A DNA stretch of 64,000 bases from an uncultured archaeon. Lineage in GTDB: Archaea > Aenigmatarchaeota > Aenigmatarchaeia > GW2011-AR5. The position numbers and the translations under genes were made by a program. The notes beneath the pieces were generated by a model. The model searched no databases and was not told where the DNA came from. It saw only the letters and a list, made by a program, of their open reading frames with translations. Where the stretch lies: assembly GCA_964373255.1 (NCBI GenBank), contig CAYJTG010000002.1:30481-94480 (forward strand), in the 5' to 3' direction. This document shows, one piece after another, positions 1 through 9,457 of the stretch (positions are counted from its first letter, which is position 1; every line of letters starts with the position of its first letter).

Positions 1-198
1 GTTTTCGTAATGCTTCTTTATCTCTTCCCATTTGTAGCCGCACGCAACAACGATATTTTTTATGCCGTATGTCCTCAGCCAATCGATATGGTATTGTATC
101 ATAGGCTTCCCATTAACGGGTATCATGCACTTCGGCATATTGTCTGTTAGCGGTCTGAGCCTTTTTCCCTGACCACCTGCAAGAATTATTGCATCCAT
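1..198 (-). CDS. Sugar-phosphate nucleotidyltransferase (NTP-transferase family), N-terminal 66 codons; gene continues beyond window start
   Basis: Not in the ORF track because it is open-ended. Reverse translation from the ATG at 196-198 gives MDAIILAGGQGKRLRPLTDNMPKCMIPVNGKPMIQYHIDWLRTYGIKNIVVACGY. This carries the classic GxGxRLxPLT...PK signature. Confidence 0.8.
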   Translation of the reverse strand, partial: MDAIILAGGQGKRLRPLTDNMPKCMIPVNGKPMIQYHIDWLRTYGIKNIVVACGYKWEEIKKHYEN

Positions 199-267
199 AC
201 AAATCACAATTTATTGACCATAACTTTATAAGCGTCATTTTCGTAGATATCATTTGTGTGATTGAAA

Positions 268-813
268 ATGAAAGCGACTTCAGTTATTTTGTTACTGGCA
301 TTTGTTGTCTTCCTGGCCGGGTGCACCCAGCAGCAGGAACAGACAGACGTACAGATACCAGGCCATCCTGTTGTCTATTCGTTTTCCAACCCGATAAAGG
401 AGGCGCTGAAATACCCGGTGACGGAAAAAGACGAGATAAGAACCATGATTCTCTCGAGTCGTAATATGAATGTTATTTTTGACGGGTCGAGCGCAGAGGA
501 CAACAAATACTTTCAGGTTGTTCTCTACAATATTGTCACAAAAATACAGACATTTTTTGTTTACGAAGGAGTTCTGATGAGGTTCAACACTTATTATTTT
601 ATCGGAGACAAATGGTACAACTCGACTGACGAGACGGAAAGACCGGATTTGTCCGGACTGACGCTGTGGATAAAAGGCCCTGACACAGGCGCCACAGGCA
701 ATTCCGTAAGCTTCGCCGATAACACAATTTTTGTACAGGGCATGAACTACAAGAACCTGACGCTGGCGGGTGACAGGCTTGTTCTCCTGGTGATAGGTGT
801 AGAAAAAATTTAG
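268..813 (+). CDS. Secreted lipobox protein, function unknown
   Basis: The track ORF 262..813 starts at TTG. The first ATG (268) gives MKATSVILLLAFVVFLAGC, a signal peptide ending in an LAGC lipobox-like motif. Confidence 0.6.
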   Translation: MKATSVILLLAFVVFLAGCTQQQEQTDVQIPGHPVVYSFSNPIKEALKYPVTEKDEIRTMILSSRNMNVIFDGSSAEDNKYFQVVLYNIVTKIQTFFVYEGVLMRFNTYYFIGDKWYNSTDETERPDLSGLTLWIKGPDTGATGNSVSFADNTIFVQGMNYKNLTLAGDRLVLLVIGVEKI

Positions 814-927
814 AAATGATTTTGATGCACTGTTTTGGGGGACTTTTCTTTACTCTTGCTAGAAAACCTTTACAAAAGCATTGATGTAAAGGCATTGTCT
901 GAACAAATAGATACATTATGACAAATT

Positions 928-2517
928 TCATTTTTTCATGACTGAGAGTATCTTCTTCTCTGGATTGCGGTGATAGTGCCAGTACCCTATTCCAACTATT
1001 ACTACTAATACCACAATTATGTAGACTACCTCAGCTGAAATCGGTATAGCCGGTGCTTCTGTCTGCGGCGCCGAATAGCTTGGCGGTAATTGTCCTGTGC
1101 ATGCGCTTGTGTCAAACTTGCAGTCTGTACATTTGAGTGTACCGCCCTGGAAGTTCTTTGTTGAACAGGTCTGACCTGCAATGTCTGATCCATCGCACTC
1201 CTCGCTGCCCTCACGGACGTTATTTCCGCAGGCAGCTGCTGTGCCGTTTGTTACCGGCTGTGTTGTCGGCTGGGTTACGGTTTTTTCACCCACGATCGCG
1301 AATGTTGAAAAGCCTGGAGTCACTGACTCGTATTCAGCTTCTGCTGGACCTTCGGTCAACAGCGATGTCACCAGCTTTTCCCAGTTGCCGCCAGAAAATC
1401 TTCTTAGGGATACTTCGCTGATGGAGAAGCTGTTCTGTGTGAGCCATGACTTTGTGATGTTGAATTTTATTTTTCCCCTGTTCACGTTGTCACTGCTCAG
1501 GTTTGTGATATTTATATCAATGTACTGATAAACTGTTCCTGTGACAGTTTTCGTCACTGAAGCAGGCTGTCCGGCGAGCTTCAGGATTGTTATGGTGATG
1601 TTGTGCGCAGGGCTGTTGACCTCGATCTGTATTTCTTTTATCCCAAGGTCCTTGCTCGCGAATTTTGTTACGGCTGCTGCGCCTGGTGTAATGACCGACA
1701 GGGTCCTGTTCTCTTTGGTTACCGTGCTTGTGGCGTTGCTTCCGGTACTGCCGCCTCCGCCGGGTGTTGTTGTGGTGGTTGTTCCTGATGTGCAGCTTGA
1801 ATTGCCTGTCACGCTGACAGAGGCAGCGCCTGATGTGCTCCCAAGGTCAAATGTTATTGTCTTGCTTCCTGTAAAGCACGTGCTGTGTTGTACGGTGTAA
1901 GAAAGTGTTTTTGTGCTTGAAGCGTCGATTGTTGTACCTGATGAAGATGCTGGGTCGCCGCTGCTCCTTGTAAGGCCCGAAGGCAGGTTTAGCGCGTAAG
2001 ACGTTGTCACGCCGCTCGACTGCGGGTTCTGCACGCTTATGCTAAGCGAAAATGAATTGCCGGACGTCACGCTAGCTGATGAAGGCGAGGCTGTAACGGT
2101 CAGATCGCTGGGTGAAACAAATTCCAGTATCTGTGACGTCGAGTCGACAGACCCTGACGTTGTGGTTCCCTGCGCATAATAATTGTAAGTACCGCTTGTC
2201 CCTGCTGTAATGCTGAATGATTTTGTTGTACCCGCCGAAAAGCCGCCGTATTGGCCGCTAGAAGGGTCGTTAATTGTAAGAGAGGGCGAAGACACAAACG
2301 CAAGCGTGCTTATGGTACACGACGACCCTGTTGTGCTTACGGTTATTGTAACGCTCGTTCCAGTAGTCGCACGGGACGTGGACGTAGTTGTCGAGACGTC
2401 TGTAAGGCATTGTGACTGTGCCAACCCAACGGGCGAATAGGCGACCACGAATAAGAAAAATAAAAACACTGCTCCTACAATTCTAAAATTTGCACCTGAT
2501 ACTATCTTTTTATTCAT
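928..2517 (-). CDS. Surface protein: S/T-rich region, PGF-pre-PGF-like module, Cys-rich repeat, C-terminal TM anchor
   Basis: ATG start and N-terminal signal. The module ..VYQYIDINITN..KIKFNITKSWL..FSTFAIVG resembles archaeal PGF-pre-PGF surface domains. It is followed by CGNNVREGSEECDGSDIAGQTC..CTDCKFDTSAC and then a TM helix plus a GYWHYHRNPEKK tail. Confidence 0.8.
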   Translation of the reverse strand: MNKKIVSGANFRIVGAVFLFFLFVVAYSPVGLAQSQCLTDVSTTTSTSRATTGTSVTITVSTTGSSCTISTLAFVSSPSLTINDPSSGQYGGFSAGTTKSFSITAGTSGTYNYYAQGTTTSGSVDSTSQILEFVSPSDLTVTASPSSASVTSGNSFSLSISVQNPQSSGVTTSYALNLPSGLTRSSGDPASSSGTTIDASSTKTLSYTVQHSTCFTGSKTITFDLGSTSGAASVSVTGNSSCTSGTTTTTTPGGGGSTGSNATSTVTKENRTLSVITPGAAAVTKFASKDLGIKEIQIEVNSPAHNITITILKLAGQPASVTKTVTGTVYQYIDINITNLSSDNVNRGKIKFNITKSWLTQNSFSISEVSLRRFSGGNWEKLVTSLLTEGPAEAEYESVTPGFSTFAIVGEKTVTQPTTQPVTNGTAAACGNNVREGSEECDGSDIAGQTCSTKNFQGGTLKCTDCKFDTSACTGQLPPSYSAPQTEAPAIPISAEVVYIIVVLVVIVGIGYWHYHRNPEKKILSVMKK

Positions 2518-2535
2518 AACTATTCACTTTCCCGC

Positions 2536-5500
2536 CTAATAGCACGGTACCGATTGCGGACAGCCAACGCTTACGCTGCCCACTGTAAATTGTTCTGTTG
2601 ATCCTGAAGATGTTATGCTGGCCTTGATTTCATTGGAAAATCCAGCTGTCCATCCGTTTGTCCGTGAAACATTGAATGTTGCACATCCGCTCGGCCCTGT
2701 GAGCAAAGACGCTACAGAAGTTCCTGTAAATGGATTATACATCGTGAGGTTTTCTGTTGTCGGAGGGCCGCTGGATGTGAAGCTTCTTGTTATCAAGCTT
2801 GAAACGTTGGCGCCGATAACAGGCTTTGACGGCCTTGAAAATGTGAAAGCGCACGCACGCACAGTAACGTTAACATTCATGCGCAATGAACTGCCTGTGT
2901 TGAATATGTATGTGTTGAAGAATGAATTTGGATTGGCGATCAATATCCTTATGGTGTTCTCGTCAACGGTCAGCGTGCCGTCCACGGTAAACTTGTCGCC
3001 CATTATATTTCGCTGGGTTGGCTGGTCAGAGCCAAATGTATCGGTGAAGTTTCCATACAGCGGCCCGAATGGGTCGCCGCCGCCATCCATGCTGCTCGTG
3101 TTCAGGTTGCCGTCATTGTCAAGAACGATTTCTGTGAACGCGCCGCCAGGTATGGCTGTATAAGGCACACCCGGTATTAACTGCGTTACGTTTCTCAGCG
3201 CCATGTAATGATAGTAATTTGTTCCGTCATTCAACAGCACGCCGCTCGAAGATTCATTCCACACAGCCGAGTAGATAGGGCTGTTTGGAATTGTGGCATT
3301 TCTTGTTTCTGTCGAGTTCTTTACAAATGTTATAGAACGGAAGGTTGAAGGATGATTTCCCGTAAGTATGCCGCCTTCTGTCCTTAGGGCTTTTATCTCT
3401 ATAGGGATGCCCTCTGAGAAGTCACCTGTGTCAGAAGTGGCACCGTCTGTGAAATTCCAGATAATGCTGTATAGGCCGGCTCTTGAAACATTCAGCCGCA
3501 GGAATGCCATGCCATTGGAATCTGTGGTTGCTTGTGTTGCAACATAATTGCTTGCAGGCAGGGTTCCTGTGAATCCGAAGCCGCCACGGCCGCCGCCGAA
3601 ATCTTCCTGCTGCACAAGCTGGAAGACGTCTATTGTTACATTTACCTTGGCTGTGCTACCGCGGCGGACGATAAACGGTATTTGAGCAACTGTATTGACC
3701 TGGTGCTGGCCACCAAAGCCTGATCCAAAGCCGGTGCCATTTATCTGTGCGTTGGACACTGAGCCGAACTCGCAGCCATCTAATTTCATGAAATACAGGT
3801 AGCCAAATCCGGCCGACGCCAGCGAGCGGTTTCCTGCGTGCACCACGCCGATCTGCGTGCCCCCGTTCACACTAACTATAAGCGTGTCATAGTTGTTCGC
3901 GGTCAAGTTGTCCATCACAATAAAAGTAGTGTTAGTCAGATTCGAGTAGACAACCGTCTGCGACATAAACCCGAACCGCGTTGTATTGAATGTTCTGCCT
4001 ACGCAAACCCTGCCCGACTTTGAGTTGACATTAAATGTCGTGTTTATGGTTGTAAGGTTCACGCTGTACGTGCTCAAGAAGGTACTCACGTTGGCAGCGC
4101 TCGATACGTTCGCCTCAATAAAATACTCTGACGGGAAAACGCCTTCCATATCAGGGACAGATATAGACAGTGTCGCGGCTGTTCCGAATGTCATGATGTC
4201 TGTCGTTTCATTAAGATAATTATAGACCTTGATGGTTATCATGTTGCCGCCCTTTCTCAGGTTTGACGGCACGGTGAACGTAACATTCCATTTCTCGAAA
4301 TTGTCAAAGCCTGTGTGGCCTGTGTTGTTCCAGCCGTCTGATTTCAGCGAAAAGTTGACAACCGTCGCGTCAACCAGCGAGCCTTCCCACGGCATTCCGA
4401 TCTGAACGGTGAAATTAGTAACGTTTGTCCTGGCCATGATGTTGTAAGTAACATTAGTGCCTGTAACAAGCGATGTCTGGAATGCTCCCGCCATGAAGTC
4501 CTGGAATGCGTCGAAGGCGACGACCATGAATCCGCCGAAGCCTGTATCGCATGTCTGTGGCGACGTCGAATTGTCACAGACCTGTATGCGGAAATTATTG
4601 AATCCGTTGAACCATTTGCCGCTTAACCCTGAGAAGTTTGCTGGGAATAATGTAAACTGCGCAGCGCCATTGCTGAGCAGGAATGTCGATGACAGGCCTG
4701 GTATGAACTTCGGGCCCTTTGTTGGGTCGAAGCTCTCAAGCCTTAATATATTTACGGTGCCGTTTGAAACCTGGGCGCCTGTATTAAGGTTCCTTATACC
4801 GCTCAATGTTACATTTATGCCTGATGCAGGCGCGACAAAGAAGCCGCCTGTTCCGCTTGACCCTAATGCCTGTAACTGGGGGAAGAACGAGAGCTGGCGG
4901 CACTCAAATCCGCCTGGCAGCGAGTCTGACTTGCCGTCATTCGTAGTAATATTTATCAACATAAAATGGAATCCTGACATCGCGCCCGTGAAGTTTAGTG
5001 TAACGTTGCCTACGCCGTTGCTGTCAGTGCTTGTTGACGACACAATCGAGAGGGAGCTTGCTACGCTCTTTCCTGTCAATTCCTCGCGTGCTTCCTGGAT
5101 AGAATTGAAAGCAACGTTCCTTGCTGCCTGGCGCGTGCGGACGTCATATATCCGGGCTGTGAAATTCTGCACACCGCTGCAGCGGAAGCTCCCGCCTTCA
5201 AAGCCGCCGCCATCATGACCTGCGCCAAAACCGCCGCCAAAGCTTCCTGGGAATATAAAGCCTTCGACGTATCGTGCAAAGTAGAACGACGACCCTATTA
5301 TAGTTGACCCTGCCACCGTTGCCTTGAACTCGATTATATGAGGCCCTGTCCTGTTTTCAGGTACAGCAATCTTGAGCTTGGGATTTGCCGTGGCTGTGCC
5401 GTTTGTATATTCGAGGACTTGTATATTTGTTATATCCGATTGCCCGCCGCCTGTGAATGACATTGGTGTTATCTTTGTGACATTAAAGTTCGTTATCGAA

Positions 5501-6987
5501 TTGCCGGCAAGCGCTGCCCCGTTAGATGAAAGGTTTCTTACACTTATCTCGAATGTAGCGTTGTCGTTTGGCATCAGGAATGTAAGGAATTCATTTCCAC
5601 CCCCTATAGAGGAGACCGGATTCGGTTTCATGATGTAGCTTTGCACAGAGAAGTAACCGGTCGCAAGAACTGTGGTTGCCGCTCCTTCACCTACGCTTGT
5701 ATTTACAGTAATAGAATAAATGCCGTCAGAAGACGGTGCTGTGAATCTTATCTTGCACACGTTTTGCCCCAAAAATAAACTAACGCTTCTTGTGAGCGTT
5801 GGTGATGAGACAGTGCTTCCGTTTAACGTGTTTTTAAACTGCGTTACTGATATAGACGTGCAATTCACATTCGATCCGCCGCCTGCAAGGCTGCCGTTGA
5901 GCAACGTATCCGCACTTAGATTATAGACAAGCGCGTTGAACTCGACAGGACCGCCCGCCCTAAATGAAGAAGCGGATCCGAAATCGAAGAAAAAGTCCTT
6001 TACAATGTCAAGCACCCCTTCCAGTTTCTGCACGGTTATGCTTGAAGTAGATCGGACAACCCTCGTAGACGTGTTTGCAACAATCTCTATTGTATATTCT
6101 CCCGGGAGTGTGGTGCCTGAAAATGTGCCGTTGTATGTGCCGTTTGTTTCTGGTGAATGCGTTAACGTTATGTTTACAACGGTGCTATTAGGGGATGTAA
6201 TAAATGCGGTGACGCTCGCCGTAATTATTGGGCCTGAATCGTCACGGACCTTTCCGACTACCACGACCGTCTCGCCCTGGCCGAAACTTGTTGTCGTCGA
6301 GTTTGCAGAATCCTGTGTATTGGCTACTGCGATGACAGACGACTTAACAAATAATACAGTAGCGCCCGCGCCGTTCTCGAATTCCATCACGTACCTGCCC
6401 TCGGCGTTGCTCGGCACGGTTATATTGTATAAAATAGAATTTGCATTGGTTCGCGGTGTCAGGTTGCTTATCGTCCAGCCGGAAGAAATGCCGCTGTTTG
6501 GATTGAAAATATCGAGCGTTGGCGTGATTGTCAGTGTTCCCTTGAATGACACATTCGCAAGGAACGAAGAGCCGTTTGCGAATGGCGGCTTGGTGCTTGT
6601 AAAGTTGATGACAACGCTGGAAACATTGGAAATGTATACGCTGATATTCTTGATGACTGATGTATTTGTCGATAATGAAACATTGTAGTACCCCGTCGAG
6701 TTCGGCGAGGTGAGGTTGAAGACAAAGCAGCCCGAGGAATCAGAAACGATGCTGAAGTTAGAGCTGTTCAGAATGCCTGTCATATTGACATTATTTACGC
6801 CAGAGCCGTTGTCGAGCTTTATGCAGCCACGAACGGTGACGTTGGAGCTGTAGTTCGTGTAGTGCGAGGCACCGGCGTCAAGGTAGTCGGCGTACGCGAC
6901 TGGCAGGACTACAACAGCTAATAACACCAAGAATACGAGCGCAGATAAATTATTTTTAACGATGCCTTTACTGTTCAATGCAGACAA
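2536..6987 (-). CDS. Giant secreted sequon-rich surface protein (1483 aa)
   Basis: Uninterrupted 4.4-kb ORF. The in-frame start is TTG, with no in-frame ATG nearby. It has a hydrophobic signal (LSALVFLVLLAVVVLPVAYA), dozens of N-x-S/T sequons and Gly-rich patches (GGGFGAGHDGGGFEGG, GSGFGGQ, FGGGRGGFGF). There is no TM anchor. Confidence 0.85.
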   Translation of the reverse strand: MSALNSKGIVKNNLSALVFLVLLAVVVLPVAYADYLDAGASHYTNYSSNVTVRGCIKLDNGSGVNNVNMTGILNSSNFSIVSDSSGCFVFNLTSPNSTGYYNVSLSTNTSVIKNISVYISNVSSVVINFTSTKPPFANGSSFLANVSFKGTLTITPTLDIFNPNSGISSGWTISNLTPRTNANSILYNITVPSNAEGRYVMEFENGAGATVLFVKSSVIAVANTQDSANSTTTSFGQGETVVVVGKVRDDSGPIITASVTAFITSPNSTVVNITLTHSPETNGTYNGTFSGTTLPGEYTIEIVANTSTRVVRSTSSITVQKLEGVLDIVKDFFFDFGSASSFRAGGPVEFNALVYNLSADTLLNGSLAGGGSNVNCTSISVTQFKNTLNGSTVSSPTLTRSVSLFLGQNVCKIRFTAPSSDGIYSITVNTSVGEGAATTVLATGYFSVQSYIMKPNPVSSIGGGNEFLTFLMPNDNATFEISVRNLSSNGAALAGNSITNFNVTKITPMSFTGGGQSDITNIQVLEYTNGTATANPKLKIAVPENRTGPHIIEFKATVAGSTIIGSSFYFARYVEGFIFPGSFGGGFGAGHDGGGFEGGSFRCSGVQNFTARIYDVRTRQAARNVAFNSIQEAREELTGKSVASSLSIVSSTSTDSNGVGNVTLNFTGAMSGFHFMLINITTNDGKSDSLPGGFECRQLSFFPQLQALGSSGTGGFFVAPASGINVTLSGIRNLNTGAQVSNGTVNILRLESFDPTKGPKFIPGLSSTFLLSNGAAQFTLFPANFSGLSGKWFNGFNNFRIQVCDNSTSPQTCDTGFGGFMVVAFDAFQDFMAGAFQTSLVTGTNVTYNIMARTNVTNFTVQIGMPWEGSLVDATVVNFSLKSDGWNNTGHTGFDNFEKWNVTFTVPSNLRKGGNMITIKVYNYLNETTDIMTFGTAATLSISVPDMEGVFPSEYFIEANVSSAANVSTFLSTYSVNLTTINTTFNVNSKSGRVCVGRTFNTTRFGFMSQTVVYSNLTNTTFIVMDNLTANNYDTLIVSVNGGTQIGVVHAGNRSLASAGFGYLYFMKLDGCEFGSVSNAQINGTGFGSGFGGQHQVNTVAQIPFIVRRGSTAKVNVTIDVFQLVQQEDFGGGRGGFGFTGTLPASNYVATQATTDSNGMAFLRLNVSRAGLYSIIWNFTDGATSDTGDFSEGIPIEIKALRTEGGILTGNHPSTFRSITFVKNSTETRNATIPNSPIYSAVWNESSSGVLLNDGTNYYHYMALRNVTQLIPGVPYTAIPGGAFTEIVLDNDGNLNTSSMDGGGDPFGPLYGNFTDTFGSDQPTQRNIMGDKFTVDGTLTVDENTIRILIANPNSFFNTYIFNTGSSLRMNVNVTVRACAFTFSRPSKPVIGANVSSLITRSFTSSGPPTTENLTMYNPFTGTSVASLLTGPSGCATFNVSRTNGWTAGFSNEIKASITSSGSTEQFTVGSVSVGCPQSVPCY

Positions 6988-7020
6988 TCATGCCACCTGC
7001 CAGATTTGTTTTAAGCTAAA

Positions 7021-7062
7021 ATGTAAGTGTAATTGCCGTGTATGTAAGTGTAATTGCTATGT
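7021..7062. repeat. Tandem 21-bp direct repeat x2 in the leader of the 1483-aa gene
   Basis: atgtaagtgtaattgccgtgt / atgtaagtgtaattgctatgt. It lies 35-75 nt upstream of the TTG start at 6987. Confidence 0.8.
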
Positions 7063-7125
7063 GATTGAAGGAAAATTTATGTTAACAATATGGAGAAATG
7101 TAATATATAAAGTTTTTCGTATTTC

Positions 7126-7268
7126 GGCATTGTCAACTTAAGGAGCACATAGTGGAATCGAAGATTCCACTTGTGCAGGTGAAGCTTTGCTTCACCATGC
7201 ATTAGCCTTTGCTAATGCTCCAGAAAGGGGTGTTATCGATAGATAACACCCGTTAAGTTTACAATGCC
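7126..7268. mobile_element. MITE-like nested-hairpin element (terminal stem GGCATTGTCAACTTAA / TTAAGTTTACAATGCC)
   Basis: A 16-bp terminal inverted repeat encloses four perfect 8-10 bp hairpins (gtggaatc/gattccac, ggtgaagc/gcttcacc, gcattagc/gctaatgc, ggtgttatc/gataacacc). The flanking 9-mers tcgtatttc and ttgtatttc match at 8/9 positions. Confidence 0.7.
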
Positions 7269-7361
7269 TTGTATTTCTCAATATGTAAGATTGTGCTATA
7301 AAATCCTACTTTATGAAGTCGTAGGTTTTCAGAAGTAATCTTAAAAGGTTATATGTGCGAT

Positions 7362-8183
7362 CTATTCGGAATCTTTTATCCTGTCAGCTATGTCTCTCTG
7401 AAAGCGGGCGTCTTTTTCAAGCTCGAGAGACTGCAAAATTCTTCTCTTTGGCTTGTGATGGTAGTGCCAGTACCCTACAATTGCGATTACAGCCAGCACA
7501 AGCACTACGTAAATAATCTCAGCGGCCACTGGTATTTGTGGTATTCCTGTCCCTGGCTGGTAAGCCGACGGCAATTGTCCTGTGCACGAGCTTGTGTCGA
7601 ACTTACATGCGCTGCACTTCAGTGTTCCGCTGACGAAGCCTTTTGTGTTGCACGCTTGTCCTGCAAGGTCTGATCCATCGCATTCCTCTGTTCCTTCACG
7701 AATATTGTTGCCGCACACAGCTCCAGTTTCAGCAGGCTGTGTGGTCGTCTGTCCTACACTAAGGCTTGATGATTTTGTGTTGAACCCGCCTGGATACGTC
7801 CAGACAGCAATAAGCTCATAAGTGCCGACAGACGAAGGCGCTGCCATTGTATAGCTCAGCGTTATCGCCGAGGAGAGAGGCTTGCTGAATTTCCAGTGCA
7901 GCCCGTTTCTTGTTGCACCCTGATAAGATATAAGCTGGCTATCGAACGCAACGTCAGACTTCGTGTATCCGGATACAGACCAGTCCGCTACTGTCCACGT
8001 ACTGGGAACAAAATCAGCTAGGTCAAACGCTGTAAGCGCGCCCTCCGGGTTGATCGAAAACGAGACGGTAAATGAAGAAGACGGGCTTGCAGAAGACGGC
8101 ATGTTCCTGTCGACCGCAACTGCAAAGGCCGTTGTGCTAAAAAGTAAAAATGCCGCGAAAATCAGAATTATTTTTTTCATCAT
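7362..8183 (-). CDS. Surface protein with the same C-terminal Cys-rich repeat + TM anchor as 928..2517
   Basis: The track ORF starts at GTG 8189 and the ATG is at 8183 (MMKKIILIFAAFLLF signal). The C-terminus reads CGNNIREGTEECDGSDLAGQACNTKGF..CSACKFDTSSC...AEIIYVVLVLAVIAIVGYWHYHHKPKRR. Confidence 0.8.
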   Translation of the reverse strand: MMKKIILIFAAFLLFSTTAFAVAVDRNMPSSASPSSSFTVSFSINPEGALTAFDLADFVPSTWTVADWSVSGYTKSDVAFDSQLISYQGATRNGLHWKFSKPLSSAITLSYTMAAPSSVGTYELIAVWTYPGGFNTKSSSLSVGQTTTQPAETGAVCGNNIREGTEECDGSDLAGQACNTKGFVSGTLKCSACKFDTSSCTGQLPSAYQPGTGIPQIPVAAEIIYVVLVLAVIAIVGYWHYHHKPKRRILQSLELEKDARFQRDIADRIKDSE

Positions 8184-8192
8184 AAACACCTA

Positions 8193-9353
8193 TTATGACT
8201 TATAGTATAAATCTATCAGGCTCACGACGTCAAAGAAATTCACGCCGCCCTTGTAATATTGGTCGATCTTGCCTATGACATCAAAAAACGACACCTTCTT
8301 TGAGCTCGTGATTGCGTACACGGAGAATGATGTCGTGACTGCTTCAAACGTATAGTTTGTGCCGTCAAAACTCAGTTTCTGCGTAGGCAGCGACACCCAC
8401 TGGTTATTGACCAATTTCTTCAGAACGGTTGCCTCTGGCACTACGCTGTTGCTTGTAAACCATGATTTCGGGACCTTGAACTGAATCTTCACATCAGAAA
8501 TTTTGGTGCTTGGAAAGGAAGACGTGATATCAAGATATTTGTAGACAGTGCCCTGTGCTGAAGATATAGCCACGCTTGCCTCTGCCGGTTTTGTTGTTTC
8601 TTTGATTGTGATTGTCGCTGCTGTAATTGTTTCTGTTGCATTCAGGTCTATCTCTGTGATACTGAGGCTTGTGACATTTGCTGCAGATATCGTAAATGTT
8701 GCAGTTGAGCCAGCGCTGACGGTCTGCGGGGCTGTTGTCTCTGTAACCGTTGGCGTGGTCACGGCACCGCCGCCACCGCCACCTCCGGTGCTGCTTGTGG
8801 ATGTAGTCTGGCAGCCGCTTGTACACGCCTGCCCAGATGAGCAGGCTGAATCATCAGAAGAACAAGATTCGCCTGTGTCGCAAAATGCATCACCGCAGAA
8901 TGTTGATGCGGCCCGGCAGATGCTATGGACGCAGAACCCACCAGAACACCCGGATGCGAACGTGCACGCAACTGTGTTCGCCGACCGGTTGGCAGAAAGA
9001 TTGAAGTTCTCGACGACAATCTGTCCTGATAAAATTGTCTGCGCGGTTGTGTTTGTGCCGTTCATTGCAACAAGGGCTGCGCCATTTATCTTGAACGTTA
9101 CATTATCGCCTGAATTTGCCTCAAAAGAGATTACATACCTGCCCTGCGGCGTAACGCCAGCCAGTATGCCTTCTCCTATTGTCACGCCAGACGCAGCTGT
9201 GGACGCATTGTTTAAAAATGCCTGTATTATTGTACCGTTAGCAGCTGTCGCACCGTCTAAGAATGCGTAGCCACGATAGAAAACAGGCGATGCTGCGTAA
9301 GAAATAGATGTGAACAAAGTAAAGATCATTGCAAATATTAAAAAATTTTTCAT
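8193..9353 (-). CDS. Secreted Cys-rich protein with PGF-pre-PGF-like module and C-terminal tandem 17-aa motif
   Basis: ATG start and signal MKNFLIFAMIFTLFTSISYA. It has a Cys cluster (CTFASGCSGGFCVHSICRAASTFCGDAFC...), a poly-Gly stretch and the module ..VYKYLDITSS..KIQFKVPKSWF..FSVYAITS. It ends VSFFDVIGKIDQYYKG GVNFFDVVSLIDLYYKS. Confidence 0.8.
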   Translation of the reverse strand: MKNFLIFAMIFTLFTSISYAASPVFYRGYAFLDGATAANGTIIQAFLNNASTAASGVTIGEGILAGVTPQGRYVISFEANSGDNVTFKINGAALVAMNGTNTTAQTILSGQIVVENFNLSANRSANTVACTFASGCSGGFCVHSICRAASTFCGDAFCDTGESCSSDDSACSSGQACTSGCQTTSTSSTGGGGGGGAVTTPTVTETTAPQTVSAGSTATFTISAANVTSLSITEIDLNATETITAATITIKETTKPAEASVAISSAQGTVYKYLDITSSFPSTKISDVKIQFKVPKSWFTSNSVVPEATVLKKLVNNQWVSLPTQKLSFDGTNYTFEAVTTSFSVYAITSSKKVSFFDVIGKIDQYYKGGVNFFDVVSLIDLYYKS

Positions 9354-9457
9354 TTTTCACGACCCCATTATACCTTGTAACAGCCTAAATCTGCTTGTTA
9401 ATTCTTGTTAATATTTGAATATGAAATTATAAAAATCGAAAAAAGAACGGCTATTTC

